NCBI GenBank assembly: GCA_946965045.2
Contig: OX337233.1
Span: 3,162,001-3,226,000 of the forward strand
Reading direction: 5' to 3'
Source: Epithemia pelagica
Lineage: Eukaryota; Protista; Bacillariophyta
DNA length: 64,000 bases
Shown here: one piece after another, positions 55,668 through 64,000 of the stretch
Layout: every line of letters begins with the position of its first letter
How positions within the stretch are numbered: position 1 is the stretch's first letter
Notes under the pieces: model-generated
Seen by the model: only the letters and a program-made list of their open reading frames with translations
Database searches by the model: none
What the model was told of the DNA's origin: nothing
Program-made: the position numbers and the translations under genes

Positions 55668-56180
55668 GTCGTCCTGTCGTGGTGCTAATAACGGGGAGGA
55701 CTCGTCCTCTGAATCGTTGAATCTCTCTCTGGCTCTGGAATAAGAGAGAGAGATGCTGTGGGATTGGTTTTGTTTTTTGGTGTAGAGTTTCTTGGCAGGA
55801 ACAGACGCAATTTTGTGGTGTCAACGCTCCAATCGTTGCCCGGCTTGTTCGTTTGGTCTTGGGCGGTAAAGGACAGTTAAGTTGGTCCCGATCCTACCCA
55901 TGGATCTGTGATGGGATGGTGAAAGGGGGTCGCCTTTTCCCCGATCCGCCAAGCACAAAACCATGACGACGACGCGCACAGAGAATGAATGACCCCTGCG
56001 CTCATTGATCTAGGTATATACTATATACCAGAGAGGACCCAGAAGAGAGAGAGAGAAACGAGTGTCGCCAGGAGAAACCAACCATCCTTGCTGTCCGGCT
56101 GGAACCCAGAATTCGATACGTTATATCCAGAGAGAGAGACAGCGCGAAACAAGAATCGACAGACAGAGAGGGGCGCCACC

Positions 56181-58429
56181 ATGAGTATCCGGTCGGGTCG
56201 TTCCACCGGTTCCGGTCAAACGGACGAAACCTCCAAGCACCAGGCCTTGGATTCGGCCCTCTATCGTCGTCGTCGCCGTCCCGGCCAGGCCGAGATTGTG
56301 GGTGGTGGTGATGGTAATGGAGTAGAGTCCCCCGAAGAAATTCGAGCAAATGACAAGGAAGTGAGCAGTCGTTCGTGTGGACGTTCCAATCGTCGTCGTT
56401 CTTCGGTCGTGGCCATGATTCAATTGAGCAGTGTCCTTCTGGTCTTGGGAGTCGCTCTAGCGGCACGCTATCAACGAACCATTCATCATATGCAACACGA
56501 ACAAGAGCTCTTGGTGCAACAACAACAACCACACTCGGCCATTCCTGGTGGTGTTGCAACCACCACAGTAGCCTCGAGGCAGAGCAACGCCACGACCAAA
56601 TTCTCTTCCTCCGTGTCGTCGTCGTCCATGTCGTCCCCCGCTTGTCGTCAAAAAGACGTCCCGATTACCAATCACACGATTCGGTTGTACGAACGACCCT
56701 GCCAACCCATTCCAGTGGCCTATGCCATTTCTCTCATCAAGGTATGTACGTACGGACGTACGTAGGTCGGTGTTTGTCATGTCTGTTTGTCGTCGTTGTG
56801 GAGTGGTCGATTTGGAACTATACAGAGAGAGAGAGGGTCTGTGATGCTTGTCTCGTGGGGTACATGCGTTGTGCATGGTTCGAATGTTATCTTGTGATGG
56901 TGGTGGCGGTTCTTTGTTTGCGGTTCTCACAAACACACACAAAAGGGACCCCTGTATGGATACTGGAGTGATGTCTGGTAGTGGTGGTGGTGTTTCTCTC
57001 GTTTTATGTTGTTGTTTCACACTTGCCTGTTTTGCGTTTGCTGCCCCACTGATTCCTTCGTATACATTCTCTCTGTCTCTCTCTCTCTTTCTATACTATA
57101 CTATACTAGTGCGGCAATTACCAATCGACGCCCGAGGGGTTGGTCGATGCCGCTCTGGTCTTGCATCATTCCGTTCATCAACAATTCCGGTCGTCCTCCA
57201 GGATGCACCAGTATTACGACTATAAAATGTATGCCTTGGTTCATCCGCAAGCCGTCCCGTGCAGTTCCCTCTTGCAAGAGGCGGGCTTTACCGTCGTCGT
57301 GCAGTCGCCACCCCTTGAGAAATCCGACATTCGGGGTGACTTTTTGCGACAAACCATTCACAAGGAAGTCTGTTGCGGACACGATGAATTCATCAAATTA
57401 TACGCCTATACATTGCCCGAACCCATTGTCGTTCATGTCGATTTGGACTTTATTTTTCATCAACCCATGATGCATGTCTTGGATGCCCTCTTGTATCACA
57501 AGGATTCCGCCATTGGTCAAGAGGCTCGTCGCCAAATTGAACGGGAACGACCCACGGATCCATGGCCGGACGAACCCCAAGCCTTTTGGACGCGCGATTG
57601 GCCGCAAGTGTATCCGGGACGGGTGGCGGCCTACCAAGCCGGTTTCATGGTCCTCCGTCCCAATCCGCAAGTCTTGCACGACATGGTGGAACTTGTCAAG
57701 GAGGGCCATTACGTGGCCGGTCATGGACGGGACAATGGATGGGGCGGCAAGGGCTATGGTGGCTTTGTCGGCGCCAAGGCCATGCAAGGCTTGGTGGCCT
57801 ATTATTACGATCAATTTGCCCCCGATACTTGGGTCGAACTCAATCAATGCCGATTCAATCACATGGGCATTGATACCAAATTCCGTCCCGGTGGATTTGG
57901 CTACAAGGGTTCGGAACATGGCAAGTGTCGCAATCGACAAGACACGTGCGAAGACTGTCAATCCACGAATACCAGTCAGATTTATAGCATTCATTTTACC
58001 AAATGTCGCAAGCCGTGGAATTGCATTGGACAAGGCGATTCCAGTATTCCCCACGAGGCATCGGCCGACGTCAAAAAGGCCTTGCGCAAAACCTTGATCC
58101 CCGAACAATTGATACCCCTTCCCCATTGTTTGGACTTGTTGCAAATTTGGCATTCCGTACGATCCGATTTGGAACACCAATTGCACCACTTGATTCAACA
58201 AACACCCTCCTCCATCCATGTCGATACCACCAACCATAACAACAACGACAACAACAACATGGGCAAGAACCAAACCTTTGCCTTGGATCATGCGCGACGT
58301 GGCTCGTATCGGCCCTCGTATTTTCAGGGCCATTGTTTGGCCAATGGAAAGTACTTGGCCTTGGCCAATGGAGACAAAGAGACCTTGCAACGAATTCCGG
58401 AACTGTACCGCAAACCAAAGCCGGTATGA
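56181..58429 (+). CDS. GT8-like family A, copy 3; exons 56181-56741, 57110-58429
   Basis: TM anchor; same motifs (VHVDLD) and same intron position (56742-57109). Confidence 0.8.
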
Positions 58430-59151
58430 GGTATGAGTAGTAAGACACGAGACCATGGGCATCTCTACAAGCCGTGCTGTGTGTCCTTGTGTTTTGCGCA
58501 AGGCAACAACCCAAACAATCGCGACACGCCCTATTTCCTCTACTCTATGAAAACTCTTGTGCGTGAAGAACTTTTGTAACCATCCAAGCAGCGTTCCAGA
58601 CGACGAGTTGGTCTTTTGAAATCCTATCGCTTTCCAGAGAATGCTCACTAGACAAGCGTAATGCTTCATGGATTGGAAGATTGTCATCCAAATTATAGTA
58701 TTATTCAGTATCGCAAAGAGATGACGGTGTTCAGGGATCCCATGGTCTCGTGGACGACCAATCGAGGGAGAAGCAAAAGAGCACCAGACTGGACGACAGT
58801 CTCTCGGAATGTGGCTCCCAGTACCAAAACCATGCAGGGTAGCATACCTGAACCAACGCAAGAAATCATAACGTCTTCGATCCATTCACCATAATGACAG
58901 ACATGATAGGAATACATAGATTACATAGTTCCGAAGATTGCAGAATAGCCTAATCGCATATCGCAGCTCACCATTTGCGCTGTTAATGGTCTCATAGTCC
59001 CGCCTTAAACTCGGAATCGCATCATCGCGCGGTGATAGAAGCGCGAGCCTCTCATCTCTCATGTTAAAAAAGACCCACCACAAACCACAAACAAAGACCG
59101 CGTCGACGGCCACAACAGCAACAAAAGCATGGTGCTCAACCACCATTCAAC

Positions 59152-60567
59152 ATGGCAACACCTCGGAGACTCAAAACCCAATGGCTATGGAGCCTGGGCT
59201 GTCTCATTCTGGTCGTGTTGCGATTGAAGGAATACGTTCAAGTGCATTCGAGTTCGTTTATCACTTCATCAATAGATTTCTCTTATTTGTCCACCATACC
59301 ACCCTTCAACCAGACCGACCAACGATCGACTGATGAACCGCAAACAGTTTCTCGTTCGACTGAAATTGTAATCGATTTTGTCAGTATTGGCAGTGTCACA
59401 CAATCCGATTTGCAACTGGCACAAAAAGAGACCTTTGGCCAAGGTGTCCGACATTTTTATGCGGCCACCGAAGCCGACGATGTCGAACAAGATTGCCACA
59501 AGCGACTGACATGGCATCAAGTTCGTCAAGTTATCAGTCATTGCCATTACAAACTCCAATCACACCCGCTTTTGATGAAACTCGGAACCCTCTATATTTA
59601 TTTCCGAATATTCAAAGTCAAGAACAATCCCTCCGGCTGGATCTGTGCACAAAAACGACCACTCAATGCCCTGCATAATGCAGTACACAAATACTATTCC
59701 CACAGCAATGAGACGCTCTCGAATAGAGATCAGATCAATCAACAGTTACCAGACTACTTGATTATCGGGGACGACGACACATGGATCAACATTGATGCGT
59801 TGAAATCAAGCTTGCCCAAAATGTATCCTCCCAACGAACCTCGAGCTGTGGCAGGATGTCTTATTCGATTTGAGCCCCGGTATGATTATTTTACCACACC
59901 GTTTGGTGGGTTTGGTCTGGTTCTGACCCGCTCCACCTTGTACAATCTGCTGCGTCCCATTGATTGTTCCTTCCAAGATACAAACCATGCTGATCCACCA
60001 GAGGAATCGAGACCACCCTTCTCCAAGGGCAGCGACTTTGAGGCTCTGGTTTGTTGGAGACTGGAACAAAATCTCATTGGAGAGCAAGCGGTATATCGTC
60101 AGGGCATGAGTTTACTGGATATGATGTATGAATACTCTGTTGCCGCTGCCTATCTACAAGTCGAACAATGGGGGAATAGGTCGTTTTGTTTGCATAGTGA
60201 TTGGGTTTGGGGGTACTTGATCAACTTTTATCACATGGCGAGACATTCAAGTCATGGCAGTCCGCCAGAACTCCCAGGAGGCTTCCAAACGGTCGGGTCG
60301 GTGCTGCACGATCGCATGGAAGGCTACAATCACTCTCAAAAACTGGCAAATGACAGGGTTGCTGCTCGATATTTGGGCCAATGCGGTAACTCGAATGATT
60401 ACAATCGCATTCTAAAGCGGCCGTCATCCAAGCCATCTTTGATCGTTCCGGGTCAGAACAAGAGCAGTCCAGGCGATGTTTATTGTGATGAGCATGCTCA
60501 TTTTTGCCATCGTATTTCACCGTCCCATATGCGTCATTTGCATGAACTGCATTCGCAAGAAAAGTAA
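59152..60567 (+). CDS. Fringe/GT31-like glycosyltransferase copy 5
   Basis: Intact 471-aa ORF with the family motifs. Confidence 0.7.
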   Translation: MATPRRLKTQWLWSLGCLILVVLRLKEYVQVHSSSFITSSIDFSYLSTIPPFNQTDQRSTDEPQTVSRSTEIVIDFVSIGSVTQSDLQLAQKETFGQGVRHFYAATEADDVEQDCHKRLTWHQVRQVISHCHYKLQSHPLLMKLGTLYIYFRIFKVKNNPSGWICAQKRPLNALHNAVHKYYSHSNETLSNRDQINQQLPDYLIIGDDDTWINIDALKSSLPKMYPPNEPRAVAGCLIRFEPRYDYFTTPFGGFGLVLTRSTLYNLLRPIDCSFQDTNHADPPEESRPPFSKGSDFEALVCWRLEQNLIGEQAVYRQGMSLLDMMYEYSVAAAYLQVEQWGNRSFCLHSDWVWGYLINFYHMARHSSHGSPPELPGGFQTVGSVLHDRMEGYNHSQKLANDRVAARYLGQCGNSNDYNRILKRPSSKPSLIVPGQNKSSPGDVYCDEHAHFCHRISPSHMRHLHELHSQEK

Positions 60568-60579
60568 ACTTGTAGCGGT

Positions 60580-60695
60580 GACACCTGCAATATTTCGAGT
60601 GTTGTGGTTCTCATTTGGTGTACCAGAGAGCATATTGGACACCTGCAATATTTCGAGTGTTGTGGTTCTCATTTGGTGTACCAGAGAGCATATTG
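60580..60695. repeat. Perfect 58-bp tandem duplication just after the stop of GT31-like copy 5
   Basis: GACACCTGCAATATTTCG...GCATATTG at 60580 and 60638. Confidence 0.95.
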
Positions 60696-61117
60696 AATGC
60701 AACTTTGTGCACTTTTCAACAAAGCCGATGAAATATCAAATCTGCCGAAGCAACAATCCAGTTCTCTTGTGTCTTCTCCGAAAAGATGACTATTCCAGTT
60801 GAACCGTCTTATCCAGCACCTCCAGGCTGTGTACGATAAACCCAGGACAAGGGAAAAGGATATCGAAAGAACCCAACACTACTCTGTTTTGTTCTGGATC
60901 GCTACTTCCCACGACAGCGAGAATTCATACATTTTTTCGACTCCATACATGAAACACGATTCCTCTCTGGAGAATTCCAGTCATGATTTGTTTGCCGTTT
61001 GAATCAACCTTTGATGCGTGAGCGCCGGTAGTAGTCTTGTCGTTTCGCACTTTGAAACCTTGCGCGTGTGCTTTTGAATCAAAAACAGGGCGACTTGACA
61101 AGTTTGTCTTACTGATC

Positions 61118-61320
61118 TCGAATGATTACAATACGGTGGTCAAGCGGGTGAGGAATTTGACATTGAGCGGTACGGGCGAGAAGAAGAGCAGTCCAGGCGA
61201 TGCGTATTGTGTTCCGCCGCCCGCAACAAGACCAGCGTCGCCAGATGACACCATGCCCCTTTTTTGTCGTCGTATTTCGACGTCCCATTTAGGCTATATT
61301 TGCATCAATTGTGCGTTAGC
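61118..61320 (+). pseudogene. Orphan C-terminal fragment of a GT31-like paralog
   Basis: SNDYN...KKSSPGDAYC...FCRRISTSH matches paralog C-termini, with a ~33-bp insertion after AYC. Confidence 0.7.
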
Positions 61321-61597
61321 GATAAGGAATAGAAAAATATGGCGTTGATGCTTGAGAGAAATGTCGAGAGAGTATTGAACGAACCCTTTGCCATGGTGGC
61401 TGGAAACCACACCTATGGGGCTTGGAACTACCTACCGGCAGGAAAGCGGGAGGACATAGATCAAATATAGATCGCTGAAAGGTCGCGTTGAGGCCTTATA
61501 AAGCGCCCAACGCGATCTTTTTCTTTCTGGGGACTTTCCTCATCTTTTGTCTACTGCAGCAATCATTTTCATTTGGTGCTCCACAACCAGTCTAAAG

Positions 61598-63097
61598 ATG
61601 ATGACAATACTCCAGAGATTCAATGTCCAATGGATATGGAGACTGGGTTGTCTTCTTTTCGTCATGTTGCAATTGAATGATTTGGTCAAAATACATTCGA
61701 GTGATACTTCTATCACTTCTTGGTCGTCCATCGAACTCTCCCTCTTGTCCAACGCTGCCATACAACAAGACCCATCACTACACAACCAGGGCAACACGGA
61801 TCACAATCAATCCATTTCTGTTTCCAATGAGGTTGTCATCGATGAATCAGTTTCGTCTTCCTCTGAAATTGTAATCGATTTTGTCAGTATTGGCTCGATC
61901 AAGAAACGAGACTTGCGCGAGGCCCAGAAAGCAACCTTTGGGAAAAGTGTCCGAAACTTACATGCTGCCACGGAAGTCCACGATGATGTCGAACGATACT
62001 GTTACCGACGCTTGAAACCGCATCAAGTTAGTCACATTGTCAGGCGCTGTCATAATTACAAAAATGGAACATATCATCTTTTAAGAAGACTTGGATATAA
62101 ATATGCCGATGCCGGATTGAGGAGCTTTGCAAAGAATCCCGCCGGCCGGATCTGTGCCCAAAAACGACCTCTCAATGCGCTGCATAATGCAGTACAAAAA
62201 TACTATTATCACAAGAATTCGACGCTCTTGAATAGAGACCAGACCAATCAACTTCGCTCACCCGGATCATCCTCTTCCCTCCGTTTGGATGTTTCGTTGT
62301 TACCAGATTACTTGATTATCGGGGACGATGATACATGGATCCATATTGGTGCGTTGAAATCAAGCTTGCCCAAAATGTATCCTCCCAACGAACCTCGAGC
62401 TGTTGCAGGATGCCTCATTCGATTTGAGCCCCGTTATGCTTATTTTACCATTCCTTTCGGTGGGTTTGGTCTGGTTCTGACCCGTTCCACCTTGTTCAAT
62501 CTCTTGCGTCCCATTGATTGTTTCTTCCAAGATACAAAGCATACTGAGCGTCCTGTCGAATCGAGGCCACCTTTCTCCAAAGACAGCGACTTTGACGCCC
62601 TGGTTTGTTGGAGACTGGAACAAAATCTCATTGGTGAACGAGAGGTTTTTCGTCGGGGCATGAGTTTGCTGGATATGATGTATGAATACTCTGTTGCCGC
62701 ACCCTATTTACAAGTCGAACAATGGGGGAATAATTCGTTTTGTTGGCACAGTGACTGGGTTTGGGGGTACTTGATCAACTACTATCACATGGCGAGACAT
62801 TCAAGTCTCAACAATTCACCAGAACTCCCGGGAAAGTTCAACAAGGTTGGGTCAACTTTGCTCCATGATCGCATGGAAGGCTACAATCATTCCCAATATT
62901 TGCCAGTGCTTTTTGGGCCAATGCCTCAACTCGAATGACTACAGTTTCGATAGAGAGGGATCAACCAACTTAACGGTGAGCAATGGTGGGAAGAAGAGCA
63001 GTCTCGGCGACGCCTATTGTGATGAGCATGCCCATTTTTGTCATCGTATTTCAGCTTCCCATATCACTACTTGCATCAATTGCATCAACAAATGTAG
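61598..63097 (+). pseudogene. Fringe/GT31-like copy 6 with frameshifted C-terminus
   Basis: The main ORF stops at 62938 after a deletion/frameshift near 62909. The homologous LGQCLNSNDY...GDAYCDEHAHFCHRIS continues in another frame, with a second shift near 63063. Confidence 0.65.
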
Positions 63098-63238
63098 CAT
63101 GAACACCATAAAGTTTGGAAGTATGCGGGTTGGTAGTTTCGAGCAATACGGTATTGAACGAAACTATTCAGATCTAAATTTCTTTTATCTCTATGGACTA
63201 TTCTGGTCTATCAGTGAGCATGTATCCTTCATATCTTG

Positions 63239-64000
63239 CTATTGAAGAAGTTCGGGTGCAACAAGTTCGTTGCTCTTCTCGATGGGATCCGACCAGGCGA
63301 CGACGACACGACGGCCTTGATCAAACGTTGGTTGTCTGCCATGGGCGGTACGAAAGTTGTCAATCAAAACCAAATCACCCTTTTGCCAACGATTCAATAC
63401 CATATTCTTGTGGACGGCACGACGGATTTCCTGCACTTCTCCCAAAGAAAAGGGAGTTCCATCGCCAAACGAAATGTCCAGACCCATGCGCTGTCCCAAC
63501 AATCCATATTGAATCACGGATTTGATGGAAATGTAAATGGCACGCAGCAAGAACCGGACATCTCTTGTCAGGGAAAAGGAATAGAACAATTCGGCAGGAA
63601 AGCTCGTCCAGTGAAAGACTTGTGCATGATTGAACCAGATAGGATCTTTGGTTTCGGGATGCAACTGAAAGGGCTCTGCCGTGTATTCACTCACAAAGGT
63701 ATCATTGTTGCGCCCTTCCCATCGAACGGGCATGTTCTCTCGTTGTGCAATTTCTTCGACTTGTCGCTTGTTTGTTGTCCCAAAGACCTCGGGCCAGGAT
63801 TTCATGGCTGCCACATCGTGTGTGAAACGAGCGCCCCGTTTATGATGCGTTCGGCGGTATTGAATCTTTTTGGTGGCCAATTTCTGGCGAAGTTGAGGGG
63901 AAATATCGAGAAAGACTTGACGGAAATCACTCAATGCCGTTTCCCCACCCAATGCCTTGGGAGCTTTCAAGGCACTAAAAAAGACGTTTTTGGGAAGCGA
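63239..64000 (-). CDS. TauD/TfdA (clavaminate-synthase-like) Fe(II)/2-oxoglutarate dioxygenase, 5'-truncated by window
   Basis: PKNVFF...GGETALSDFR, WFNHAQ, FGDGTPF, WQKGDLVLIDNFRTAHGRQP; frame open to the window end. Confidence 0.85.
   Translation of the reverse strand, partial: SLPKNVFFSALKAPKALGGETALSDFRQVFLDISPQLRQKLATKKIQYRRTHHKRGARFTHDVAAMKSWPEVFGTTNKRQVEEIAQRENMPVRWEGRNNDTFVSEYTAEPFQLHPETKDPIWFNHAQVFHWTSFPAELFYSFSLTRDVRFLLRAIYISIKSVIQYGLLGQRMGLDISFGDGTPFSLGEVQEIRRAVHKNMVLNRWQKGDLVLIDNFRTAHGRQPTFDQGRRVVVAWSDPIEKSNELVAPELLQ

Noticed and set aside
57398-58885. Long antisense ORFs (also 40666-41685, 11477-12184, 37191-37889, 2672-3562, 1802-2509)
   Set aside because: They are shadows of real genes on the opposite strand, with no recognisable motifs.

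Overview
Eukaryotic DNA with short GT-AG spliceosomal introns. The gene families, intron style and low-complexity tracts look most like a diatom (inference; species not identifiable from sequence alone). The window is dominated by a cluster of type II membrane glycosyltransferase-like genes. These comprise three paralogs of one GT8-like family, two genes (three domains) of a second GT8-like family, and six Fringe/GT31-like paralogs plus an orphan fragment. Interleaved are two 11-exon full-size ABCA transporter genes in inverted orientation (each carries an apparent lesion), an HRD1/AMFR-like RING-CUE E3 ligase, two MTFP1-like genes, a partial atypical kinase and a partial TauD-like dioxygenase. 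Two accessory insertions stand out. The first is a ~6.5 kb Mutator-like transposon with an 8-bp TSD, encoding a GCM zinc finger + DDE transposase + USP-like peptidase + PARP-like finger. The second is a tandem pair of Crinkler-like genes that share a near-identical promoter and ubiquitin-like header but carry unrelated C-terminal toxin-like domains (REase+kinase versus HNH). All family assignments come from motif recognition by eye; no database search was run. No rRNA, tRNA or CRISPR array was recognised.
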